A stretch of DNA of 64,000 nt from Callorhinchus milii. Its lineage: Eukaryota. Shown here one piece after another: positions 52,434-64,000 of this stretch. Under the pieces are notes generated by a model. It did no database searches, was not told the origin of the DNA, and saw nothing but the letters and a program-made list of their open reading frames with translations. Both the position numbers and the translations under genes were made by a program. Within the stretch, counting starts at the first letter, position 1, and every line of letters begins with the position of its first letter. The stretch is taken from NCBI RefSeq assembly GCF_018977255.1, contig NW_024704742.1, positions 110,176,001-110,240,000 of the forward strand, written 5' to 3'.

Positions 52434-55400
52434 GAATGCAGAGGGATTGTTCCTCCTGTAGGCCACATTCCAGATAATTCCAGAGGCAAATGGTGGCTGG
52501 TGTTTACAGGTAAAGAACCTCAGAGAAGGCCTCTCTATGTCTCTTCATTCAGAAGTCTGCCACATGTACGGGACACTCCATTCCTCTGTGGAATGCCAAA
52601 GCCAAGAAATCTCCTTGTTTTACCCTCACCCCCAACCACTTGTCATGGGAGAGAGTGTCATAAGAATGAAAAGCATGGAACTTCAGCCCATCAAGCCTAT
52701 TCCTTGAGCTGATCGTGAGTAATGTTTTGACTGAAGAGAAAGAGGATGCCCCCCTTCTAAACAAATAAGGCCTGGAAGAGCAAAAGTAAAGGTACCCCCC
52801 CCCCAACCCCCGCTCCCACAATAGAGCTGGTATAGGCTTAAAATTACAAAATAGGATTTCTTGTGTCGGGTTGAAAGCAAAATGGTGGCACTTGGGTCCT
52901 AAGAGGAACAAACCAGCTTACCTGGAGAGGTCATCCCCTGCTGGTGTTCATAAACATGGAATAGAACTTCGCAAATTGTACCTCACTATTTTTCAAGAGG
53001 TAATTCAGCGTCTATTATATGTACACAGAATAATTTAAGATAAGGCATGATTTAGCAGTTAAAAAACTTCCCTTGTTCAATATCACTGCAATTGTACTTC
53101 AGGGATTGGCAACAATGTGTGACTAATGTGTATGATTCTGGCATAGAAATGCTGCATCAGTCCAAAACAGGGTTAATATGTGTGAGGACTGATATCTTTG
53201 GGTTATATATATTTATAAAATCAATGAATATATGTGTTCAAGATAATGTTTGTCATTTATTGTACTTAAAATTTATGTCTGGACTCCCATGCCAGTAGTG
53301 CTGTCTTGAACATTGCCTGTTCCTTTTTAAATTGTTTACTAATGTATCGCTTGTGATTGGACTCCGAGACCTGAAACACTCCATCTGTTGAAAAATGGTG
53401 AACCCTCCAAGGGCCTCCAGTAGAATTTCATCATTAAAAATAACAAATATGAAAAGACTTTTAATGTGCTTTAGATTAACGGTACAAAGTAAATATTATG
53501 TTCCTTTGACTCCACCTTTTCTTTGTAACTCTCATATCTTGCTATTTTCCCTATTATTTAATTAGTCCAGAGCCACATGTCATCTCCCTGCACTGGAGTG
53601 GTATGATGTTGGACTGCGACCATCTCCATGGGTAACCATCAGTGTTGAGCTGTGACCAAGGAGGAGATATATTTCTGGTGCAACAAATCATCTTAGTCTG
53701 CACAATGGTCCACCTTGTGACTTGGCTGAGAACGGATAAAACTCACTCAACTAAGGCAGATGCATTCAAATATCAGGCAGGCCTGAACCATTGAACAGGA
53801 GACCTTCTGTTTGAGTGTTGACCGCTTGGCGATTCGAACTACTGGATGAATTCAAGTCAAGTTATAATTTTCAGCATTAAAATATATAATTGCCCAGACC
53901 CAATATTATACAAATCAGAGATACATCTTGAAGGATACAGAGGACGCTTCTGAAGCTGGTAAAGCAAAATTATTTGGTCAAATGTTGAGTTTCAGAACTA
54001 GTAACTATATCCTATGTGGCTGTAGGCTATGAAGCGATTATTCTGAGCAGCGTACTAATGGAGATCAAAGCAAAAAGCTAGGTTCTTCATTCAGTTCAAG
54101 TCTCATTTCCAACATACAACCAATGCATGTGAAACATAGCCATCAGCAGAGTTGAACTTTAGACACCGTAGTATATTAGAACAAGACTGCTAAAGTATGT
54201 TCTTAGAACATGGGACATAACTAAGAATTGTTGTCCGCTTGTCAGATAGAGGTACTGATTGTAACAAATGAACTAGGCTCATTTCAGAGATGCACAATTA
54301 TATTTTTGTGGTGGTTGCTGAGGCAGAAGTGTGTATTTGTGTGGGCCATAAGCAAGTTGATTTACTAATTCTTTAGACACAATGTAACACTCAGACTAGT
54401 GTTGGGAATACACTTTAAGAAGAATTTATGACCTTGTGCATTCTGTAAGATTCCTTAAGGCTGTGCTGAGTAAACAGAACATGGGAATTGATGGAAAGTA
54501 TGAGATTGGAGCAATCAAATGCTTCTGTGCATTCAAGTAGATTGAAATCAATAAAGAGCCCTTTCCACCCCAAAAAAATGATTGGATCCATTCCAAAAAG
54601 GTCTGGATTTGGAGTTTCTCTCCCAACATTTCTGTAGGGTATGTAGGGTAAATTCTCTGGCATGTAGGGTAAATTCAAAAATCTTCCCTTAAATAATGGA
54701 ACCATGAAGCAACATATCCTCCCACTTGTAGGCATCTTTCCCCCTCTATTTCCCCATTCCTCTCCAAACATTATCCTCAGTTAGTTGGATGGCACAGCAG
54801 CACCCAGATAACTCTATATCCATAGTCAGATTCATTATTAATCAACACCATGCTTCACTAATATGAGATTGCACATCAAGTCACTCTGAATGTGTGTCTC
54901 ATACACATATTACCATTACCAGGTAGATTTTTCTTTGTCTCACAGAAGTTGCAGCAAACATTAGTAAAACTTGCTCTGCAGCAACATCCCAGTCCACATA
55001 TTAGTCAAAAAAGAAACCGTCTTTGTGGTGAATAATCGTTGAGAACTTGAATATGGCAAATATTAGTCACTGTTATGAAAGTGGTTTCAATGTTCCTACA
55101 AGTCTGACTATTTGTTCCACATGCTTGCTTTCCATTTCTCAACTCAGTTCTCAATAAATCTATTCATGTGTGTTTTTCTGGATCTATTCTTTTCCCTCAT
55201 TCTCTGTAATATTGTATTTTTTTTGTCAGGTTCTGTCTTTTTTCAGCCAGCTCTATTGCTTTGCCTGTACATACTTTTCATTCCTCCTTGATTCCTTAGC
55301 CTGGATTTGACTTTCCTTCCTTCACTTTAATGCAAAACTTACACCTTTCCCAATCTCTCATTTGGAAATGATACCAACCTTATGCAGAAATCTGCCGCAA

Positions 55401-55643
55401 GATCTCGTGTTGAAATGAAAACTAACTATGTTCCAATGTTCCTATGAAAGCAAGAAATAGTTACATCAGTTATGTTTTGACAATATTAATTACATATACT
55501 GATAAGGGACAGTCAGCAATGAATAATTTACAGTTGTATAACCCCATGGTTCATATTTGTTACTTTAGGAGAAGACATTAATAAAAGGAGTACATTGAAG
55601 AGAAATATCAGTTTAACAGTTTGTTAATTAGTAAGAACAACTG

Positions 55644-55826
55644 CCTAGCTTAGTTGCTAGCACTCGCATCTTTCTGAGTCAGAAATTTGTGCGTTCAATC
55701 CCAAATTGGGACTTTGAACTCATAGCTGAAGGTGACATTCCAATACAGTGTTTGGGGTGTACTGTATTGCTGGAAGGGGTACCCTGAGAATGATATATTA
55801 AGTTGAGGTTCTGTTTGCCAGTTCAT
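55644..55826 (+). mobile_element. Deu-type SINE 5' part (tRNA-like head plus start of body)
   Basis: tagcttagttgctagcactcgc..tgagtcagaa..gttcaatccc..ggactttgaactcatag, matching 29460-29530. Confidence 0.65.
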
Positions 55827-55827
55827 C

Positions 55828-56272
55828 AACACCACCAACAACAACTTGCATTTATATAGCGCCCTTCACATGGGGTAGCGTCCTGGAGCACTTGACAGTG
55901 GTGGACTCTGACCCCGAGCCAGGGGGAGAGGGAGGGGAGAGGTGACCATAAACACAATCAAAAAGGAAGATCTTCAGGTGGAATATAAAAGTGGGAGGGA
56001 GGGGACAAGGCAGAGTGATTGAGGAAGGGAGTTCCAGAGCTTCAGGGCATAGTGGCTGAAAGCGCGGCTGCTGTTAGTGGAGTGGAAGGGACGAGGGATG
56101 AACAGCACGCCCGGAGTGGTGGAGTGGGGGCTAAGCAAATCGGATAGGTAAGGAGTTGCAAGGGCTTGAAGGGATTTGAAAAAAGTGAGAGAATCTTGAA
56201 GTTGATCCATTCGGTAATTGGGAGCCAGTGCAGCCTGGCAAGGATTGGTGTGATGGGGGTCTGGAGCTCAGT
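55828..56272 (-). mobile_element. L2 3' fragment
   Basis: PITPILARLHWLPITEWINFKIL..AFSHYALKLWNSLP; (caa)n tail. Confidence 0.93.
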
Positions 56273-56304
56273 GGATTTTAAAAATTGCAAGGCAATATTC
56301 AAAT

Positions 56305-56446
56305 AAGAATTGATCATTCACTTTATGGCTATTTGTGGGCCATTGGTCTGCATAGTTTACATTCATTACACTTTACATATTCTGTTAAGTGCTTTGAGAC
56401 TGTCTCTCGATGTGAAAGGCACCATATCAAATAGAATATTATTATA
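56305..56446 (+). mobile_element. SINE 3' module fragment
   Basis: aattgatcattcac..ggctatttgtggg..aagtgctttgagac..gtgaaaggcaccatatcaaa. Confidence 0.7.
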
Positions 56447-56884
56447 GGTAGATTTTTATTTTGATTTATTCTGATTGTGTTTGCCTTAGTTACGGAAACC
56501 TTGTGTTAATATGTTTTGAACTGATCTTTTGACGTCTTGTAGAATTTATTATGTGAAGGTAAGTATAATTTACCTGAATTTTTTATGATTTTGTTTATAT
56601 TCTTGCCATTTTAAATGTACTTTCAATAAAGAATTTTGGTGTCCGGTAGAATTTCACCCCTCTTTTCCCCCCTCATATTTTGAAGGCGCTAATAGTTGAT
56701 GGGTACAATTCCAAGTATGTTACCACCCTCTGGTACTTCATCCGATCAGCCATTGAAGAATATAAAATAAGAATATGAGAGCTTAGACTGTGTGTATTGG
56801 CGGGTTACTCAAGGCTAAGCTCATCATCACAGCCAAGCTCAATCTTGTCCTCAATTGACATCCATACAAATATACACACAAACT

Positions 56885-57205
56885 AGACTGTGATCAGGAG
56901 CAGAAACCTTGGCTGACTTTTCCTTCCCTGACTCTGGGGCAATGTATTGAAGTGAAGTGTTCCAAACTATGGCCCATCTGAAATAAGCTGACATCACAAA
57001 AAAAATACAGTCACCACACTTTACTGTAAATCCTGTGAAGTGCTTTGAGACTCTCCCATAGCATGAAAGGTAAAATCTCAAATGCAAAGAACGATTACTA
57101 TTTTAATCAGCTAAGTTAGCACAGACTGGGATCTGACCCTAAGAAACTGAGGATCTTTTTGGTTCATTTTTACTCTAGCAGTTGTTTTACCAACTGAACC
57201 ATCAA
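56885..57205 (-). mobile_element. Older, different SINE-like family, split by a SINE tail at 56985-57100
   Basis: gatcaggagcagaaaccttggctgacttttccttccc..aatcagctaagttagcacagactgggatctgaccc; related motifs at 40985-41075. Confidence 0.45.
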
Positions 57206-57284
57206 ACTCTGAGACCTGCATATTTCACAAGGAATAGAATAGTAATTGGGATATCTCCTTAACTATATATATATTTCATTTTCT

Positions 57285-57590
57285 CCCCCCGTTCAGTGGG
57301 CTCTGGTCTGCTCCATATCTCCCGCCCGACCCACCCTACCATTGGTGGCCGGGTTTTCAGTCTCTCTGCCCCCCATACTCTGGTACTCCATCCCACGGTT
57401 CCTTTGCCTCGCTTCCTCCCTTGCCTCCTCAAAACCCTTCACTTTGATCGTGCCTTTGGTAGCCCTCTCTCTGCCTTCCCTCACTCCTACACCCCCCCCC
57501 CCCCCCCCCCCCGATGCTCGGGCCCCGACACCTGACTGTTCCTCCGAACGTGAAAGGCGCTTTATAAATGTAATTTTATTGTTGTTGTTG
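57285..57590 (+). mobile_element. L2 3' fragment with poly-C (57492-57513)
   Basis: TIGGRVFSLSAP..; tail cgtgaaaggcgctttataaatgtaatt..(ttg)n. Confidence 0.9.
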
Positions 57591-58469
57591 TCTACACATT
57601 CCCTACAAAAAATTATCCATGTGAAGTAGGATAGTATTCTGAGTACTGGAGGAGGCTTGTAAAGCCAGGTAAGTAAAGATAGAAAAGTACAGAGGAATAA
57701 CTCAATGCCACTTAATTTGCCTGACACCAGTATTACAGCAGTATAAGATTCAAAAGCTTTTGTTTGTCTGTAATAGCGATCTCCAGCGACCGAGGTAAGA
57801 GGATAGATTGCACCGACAGATCATTCTCATCTCTCTCTTTAGATTTCATTTTTCTCTCCCACAGTAAAAACACTCACTCCAGGCACTGTAACAATATAAC
57901 AAAAACAAAATGATTTTAGAATTGGCCACATCACTCAGCAGTTCCCAATTCAGAGAAATGCCTGGCTTTCCAATATATTCAGCCACAGCTCCCTGAATTT
58001 AACATTCAGGGCCTGAAATTCCACCCAGTCTGAACCTGCAAGGCTATTTTATTTTAAAATTTATCTTCACACAGAATTGTAAAAAAAATCTTAAATCCAG
58101 TCTCAATTTCGAAGATAGTCCTTTTTATGAAATGCAGAAAATTGACTTCTAAATTAAGACTGAATATAAGATTTTTTTTTCCTATTCTGCGCAATCATAT
58201 AATTGAAGACAATATCATCTTGAACTAGATGGAAGCGGAAGCTCAGACCTCAAAAGCACAACTGTAGAAATGTCAGATGAAATGTACAGACAGCCAGCTA
58301 CAGATCAATTATTCTCTCAAGGAAAGACAAGTGCAGGAATGTACTTGTTGATGCAGATTTTAACTAAGTAGAAAACAACATTAAAAAGACAGAACTGGGA
58401 ATACGAGTGCTGTTAAACTTTTTTAAAATAGTAGATAATAAATCATATTAACACTTTGACAATATTAAA

Positions 58470-59170
58470 GCGTTGACAGTAGCATGACTCTTTATTGGCC
58501 ATAAAGAAAACAATGCCATTTGTTTGTTTTATCACCGATAAAGTAAATTTGCAATAATTAATCTCAAAATAAATCAATACGAATCCTTCAAACCAGTTCA
58601 CGACAATATGCACCAATTCAAGCCAATTGGCATGAAATAATATGAACTAGTATCAGTGGAAATCATAACAAACTCCTCTTTCCCTCTCTATTTCAATCAC
58701 AATGATTGTACATCCTCGTAAAAGAGTTCCCAGCCATCGTAATGCACCTTTACCTCACCCCCAACAATTTGCTTTAAAAGTCTCCCTCTCATTACAGCTT
58801 GCTGTGACCTTAATTTTAATTGTTATCAGCTCAGTAGATCAAAACGTAGAAATAATTCTTTGAGCCCCAATATAATTTAATTTGCTACCAGCTGGAATTT
58901 TCAGCAGGCAAATTGCACCACCTGGTTTCCCACCCGGTCATTCCATCCTCCGACTTATCAGGTTGCCCTTTTTAATGACATTCATTACAACTTTCTGTGG
59001 TTTTTATATGCGTTTATCTTCTTTTGAGACCCAAATGCAACCCACTCCATGTGGCTGGTGTCCAGCAGACATGAATGCATGCTGGATGCTCTTTCAAAGT
59101 TGTAATGCCAAATTTTCTTCATTAAATAGCACAGTCAATATCAATAACTGGATTTTTTTGATTGCTCTTA
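58470..59170. promoter_or_regulatory. Candidate conserved developmental enhancer
   Basis: Repeat-free; tight cluster of TGACAG, TTTATTGGCCATAAA, AACAATG, TGTTTGT, TTATCACCGATAA, TAATTAAT at 58474-58563. Conservation not tested. Confidence 0.4.
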
Positions 59171-59599
59171 CTTTTACTTGGCATTGTTCCTCACTTTACT
59201 ATCTGAAGGCAATCCCTCTGCTACATACCAATTATGCTCACAAATTTACTGAGGGGAAAAAATAACCTCTCACAATGACTGGTGATCCCTGGAGGATATC
59301 TACATTCTCTGCATTTTTCACATCACACCTCCAACACCTACCATTAGGCTGCACTCCCACTCTACTCCCACTCCATTAGGTCAGATATTCCCTATGCATT
59401 TAATAATCTTAATTTATATGAATTAATTTTCATCCTTACAAAGCTTCATCTGCTCAACCTTATTTCATTTTCCAAGCATTCATTGCCAGCTTCACGTCCC
59501 ATCATTTTATCTCCAAATCATTTTGTTCAACAGTTGGCTGAGTTTCTATTGATACAAAGGGAGGAGGGTCAAACTGAGAATAACTATTGAACTTGGGTC

Positions 59600-59745
59600 A
59601 ATTTACAATCGTTGGAAAACAAAATTGAAAGAGGATATAATCCAGGTCTGTAAAACAGTAAGAGGGATGGACATTGTCAATATAAGCAGGTTAATTCAAG
59701 CAATCTGTGTCCAAAGAACCACAGGATATATGTACAAAATTAACA
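59600..59745 (+). mobile_element. Degraded CR1 ORF2 fragment
   Basis: ttgaaagaggatataatccaggtctgtaaaacagtaagagggatggac..agaaccacaggatat (LKEDIIQVCKTVRGMD..RTTG). Confidence 0.55.
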
Positions 59746-62285
59746 AGTCTTAAGTGAGTTTGGAGATTACCCCCCTCCCCTCTGCCAGGCCCAGCAGCAT
59801 GTAACTTTTTTGACAATGTAAGAAATTCTGACAAGCATTTTCTTGGTGTAAAAAAAAGGTCAAAACCTTAATAACACAAATGTCAATACAGAGGAGCAGT
59901 GGAGGCCAGATCTGCCTTTCTCCCAGCCCAGCGGCAGCTACAATAGAATACAACAACAGTAACCTTACTAATGATTTGAAAAGACATACATGAAGATAAA
60001 AGTTCCTAGAGTTACCCATTTGCAGAATATTCTTTCTCCATGTAGACTACAATGGACTTGCAATACGCTACACATTGACTATGTTGCTGGACTGGACAAA
60101 TGTCCCTCCAACCTGTAATTCTGCCTTACCAAGAAACTGGAATTTATATTTATGAAACCCGTGATATGTCTTTAATAATAATGGGAGCACTGACCATCCT
60201 CCTCCAACTGTCTTTCTGCTCCAGTCACATCTTGTGTGAATGTATCACAATGTCTCAAACTGCTGAAGTTGACATGTTTTTTTCATGAAAAAAGAAATAT
60301 GAGCAAGACTTTTTGAGCTGTACTAGAAAGTTCCAGCTACATATTATTACCTTTTTTTATTCACATGAATATTTCATATGCTTTCCAATAAAAATTATCA
60401 GGCTTTACGACTTCACGGTCAGACTTCATGTTTTAGTTTAGTCTTTACTGAAAACGATAATTGTGCTGTGTGATAGGGAGTAAGTGTCCTGCACATAGTT
60501 ATGGCTGGAATTGCCCCATCTAACTGTCTGTAAAGATTTTAAACCTATCTATCTTTTTGGGCAGCAAATTACATGGATAGGAGGAGTATGTTAACACAAG
60601 AAGACACTTATGGAGGAATGACCTGGGAGATTGAGAGAGTACAGGACACCCCAAATGCAAATTCTCTAATAAAATTTAGGTTACTGGATTCATTGATAAA
60701 TCTGTGCTTCGATCTTACAAAACTCTTCATCTTGTGTGGTTGCTAAGTCTGGGAGTCTTGTTGACCTCCCTAACTAGCTAGACAAAAGGCTCCTAGCATG
60801 CCAGGTCCACCCTCGATCCCTCTAATCTCTCACACTAACGTCCTATTTCCAACCTAACCTTCAATATATAAAGTTGTTGTTGTAACAGTCGACTGGATGC
60901 AACTCTTCCCAGTTTGGACTGAGATCTGCCCATGGATTATTTGTTTGCTACTGAACCAGCACAAAAATTAGCAACAATTCCTTTTAATTGTTTGATTGCT
61001 AGAATTCCTCCCCCACAGTGGTGGAATATATAAAACACAGTCCCAGCAGAAGCAGCTGCTGTTTAAGTATGGAGGCAGATGATCAAATTATACAGGGAGC
61101 ATGATGGTTCCTGCACTGCTAGAACCATGAACATGTCAGCTGTGGAATGCTATGGCTCGAGTTCGGTAGTATTGATTGTAATGTGGGAAAACATTCTGGA
61201 GTGTCGCTTTATTATCCTTAGACTTCTGGGAGATATTTTGCCAAATTTATTTTCTGAGAGGCTTTCAAGTCATCCCCCCACCCCCAACTCACTACTTTGA
61301 GTTGAATCTATGTCAGTGGATATTGATGCGTTCTATAGCCAGTTCTCAGCCAATCCTTTTTTTTAAACACAATGTCGTTTTGCTCAATGCTGCTCACTAA
61401 TTTTGTGCTGTGGACAACAGGTTCAGATAGTGTATTGCTTGAGGGCCATTCTCAGAAATGTTCCAAAACATTGCAGTACAGAATAATGGAATAATGGAAT
61501 GATCAGTACCCATAATCCCCACACAGTGAGTTCCTAGTATCATGCACATGTCTATGGGTGGCTGCCAAGTGAATGATAGGCACAGGAACAAAACCCCTCC
61601 CAGATTTATAACTATTAAAAGTCCTAGCCTTTTAACATACTTCTTTCATTTACTCAGTGGATGCCTTCTAATAGTATTTAATAATATTCCCACGGTTTCA
61701 CTCACTGGAAAGCAGAGCAAAAGAGAGAATAGCAATGAATCCCAGCTCTGGCATCATCCCATGACTGCATGATTGGATGCCTAGAAACATATGGAGTAGC
61801 AGCTTTTGTAGATCAATTCCAGACAACCTAAGGTGCTGCTCTTGGTAATAGGTGCATGAATAACATAGTCATCAGGTTGCAATATCAAGATATTTTCACA
61901 ATTTGTAAATAGGGTATAATCAGCTTTGCAATTTGTTTTCAAATGCTTCTTTTGCAAAACACACAACCAAATCTTTCAAAACTGTCTATGTTTGTCTTTC
62001 CTTCCTTTCTTCTGATTTACACTTTCTCTTGCTTGTATTGCAGTTTCTGTCAGTACCCTGTCTGTTAACTTGACACCCTGCCTGATTCCGTATGCTGCGC
62101 CAGTACCAGCAAGTCATGAGCCAGCAATTTCTCCAAAGAGTCATACTGAGCTGCCTGGTTTCTCACAATTCCAACACACTGAGCTGCCTTATATAAAAAA
62201 AGACACATCTCATGATATTTCAATTCCCTCTGGCAATACTTCTTGAAAATGAAACATACTTTTCCTTATAACAAAGCATCATGTT

Positions 62286-62759
62286 GGGGTGAAAATTGTG
62301 AAATATGATTTGAAAATTGTCACCATTAATAATATTAAATAATTGCAAATTACAGTCAAGGTCTCTCGATAATTATTGACTCAACACAAGGGTGACCTTC
62401 CCCACCCAACTCCTTGAGTTTGGCACAATGATTAGGTCTGAAGTCACTTGACCTGTAACTGGAGCTGACGACTGCAAATTTGGGTGCTGGTTCTCGGGAT
62501 ACAAGCTTCATTCTGATTTTTTTGGGGTTCAGTTAAGTTGGTATCCCAGGAAAGTATATTTAAGTGCCACACACTGCAGCAGGCAACTCTAATAGTAGCT
62601 GGAGGTGGCATCAAGACCAACCATTCTACCAATGTTGGAAGTGGTGGAGGAGGGATCAGTACTCACAACAGTGGATGAGTCATTAAACTGTAGAGTGGTC
62701 CTTGACCAGAATTTTGAACAATGTGATAATTATCACCTCCACCGTATAATTTTCACCCT
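62286..62759. mobile_element. Degraded MITE-like element with ~100-bp TIRs ending GGGGTGAAAATT
   Basis: ggggtgaaaattg..gtcaagg..ttattgactca versus tgagtcattaa..ccttgacc..aattttcaccct. Confidence 0.6.
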
Positions 62760-63117
62760 GTTGTAGTTATTTTAATATCACTGCAACCCATCAGAGTCTG
62801 ACCTATTTCTACAATCACGTTACTCACTTGGCTGAGCAGGGCTCCTAGGAAATCTCACTTCAGATTTGCTCTGCACAGGAACAATAGCTTCCTCCTTCAT
62901 CCCCCTTTCAGGCCTTTCACCATTCAGTGGATGTGAGAAATTCGGCTCAACAGCAATTGGTTGTGCATGATCCAGAGCACTAGCAGAGAGTGTTATTCAA
63001 AGTTGATTAACCGTGAATGGTTGGTAAATATGAAATAGACTGTATTAATTATTTAGCAAATACAGTAGCACCATAACTATAAAGGTAAAGAAAAAAACTG
63101 GCGATCTGAAACAAGAT

Positions 63118-63920
63118 GTGGAGTCCTGTAGCTCAGTGGTTAGAGCACTTCCCTTATAAGGGAAAGACCTGGGTTCAATTCCCAGCAGGGCGAAATATTG
63201 GGCAAGTTAGGAACATAGGAACCTAGGAACAGGAGTAGGCTATTCAGCCCTTCAAGCCTGTTCCATCATTTAATTAGATCATGGCTGATCTGTACCTCAA
63301 CTAATCCTTTCAATTCCAATTTCCCACTTTCTCCCCATATCCCTTAATACCCTGACCTACCAAAAATCTATCAACCTCACTCTTGAAGGTGTGGATGGAT
63401 CCAGCATCCACAGCTTTTTGGGGGAGAGAATTCCAGATTTCTACCACCCTTTGAGTGAAAAAAATGCTTCCTGGTTTCATTCTTAAATGGCCTGGTTCTA
63501 ATTTTAAGATCCCCTTGTTTTGGATTCCCCCACTAGAGGAAATAGCTTCTCTGCAATTACCCTATTGAATCCCTTTATCATCTTAAATACTTCAACCAAT
63601 TCACCCCTCAACCTCCTAAACTTAAGGGAACATGCCTCTGTTTACCTTAACAGTAAGTAGGAACCCGGTTGTTAATCGATTGGTAGATCACTTTTCCTGG
63701 GTAATAATTGCTTAAAAAAAATTGGTCACTCAATCCCCGACTGTTTGTGGGACACTGTGTGTGCAATTGGCTGCCACGTTTCACCCACAAAATATATAGT
63801 CAATTCACTTTACATGATATTCTGTGAAGCGCTTTGAGATGTCTCAAACACATGATAAGGCGCAAATAATAATAATAATCAAATAATCAAATGCAAGGAT
63901 TATTATTATTATTATTATTA
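63118..63920 (+). mobile_element. tRNA SINE long subfamily, split by CR1
   Basis: Head at 63118-63207; resumes catgcctctgtttacc at 63631; (TTA)n tail. Confidence 0.92.
63208..63630 (-). mobile_element. CR1 3' fragment nested in a SINE
   Basis: (aggaacat)n tail, ggctattcagccc hairpin; reverse strand reads RKHFF.TQRVVEIWNSLPQKAVDAGS. Confidence 0.92.
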
Positions 63921-64000
63921 AAATAGAAAATGCCAATAACGCACAGCATTTGATCAGCATTTGAAAGAGAAATAGAATTTGGGATGTGACATTTAATTCC

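Noticed and set aside
51864..52466. 200-aa ORF, the longest in the window
   Set aside because: Antisense frame of GC-rich L2 sequence.
54632..54676. Tandem tgtagggta repeats, and similar short direct repeats at 62144-62188
   Set aside because: Local slippage duplications; not a CRISPR-like or regular array.
1..64000. Prokaryotic-type systems (CRISPR, operons) or an intact autonomous retroelement
   Set aside because: Vertebrate repeat landscape; no spacer arrays; all RT fragments are truncated and frameshifted.

Overview
AT-rich, non-coding vertebrate genomic DNA (intergenic or deep intronic). I recognise no host protein-coding exon; every ORF with recognisable similarity is a broken retrotransposon ORF2 fragment. 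The repeat content (GC-rich L2 3' ends with (TTG)n tails, CR1 fragments, an abundant tRNA-headed SINE with an L2-type tail, Deu-domain SINE relics) points to a cartilaginous fish, most plausibly the elephant shark Callorhinchus milii. This is an inference, not a database match. Most notable: (1) a modular SINE series in which Deu-type, long and short (internally deleted, young) forms share one 3' module; (2) a covarying 3' stem-loop shared by SINEs and L2s; (3) nested insertions that give a relative age order; (4) a ~770-bp element with ~116-bp terminal inverted repeats and a GGGGTGAAA-ended MITE-like family; (5) four unexplained 100-190-bp palindromes; (6) a possible LF-SINE-like relic; (7) enhancer/CNE-like blocks. 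I do not see convincing evidence for a wholly new gene-encoded system. Boundaries of degraded repeats are approximate.
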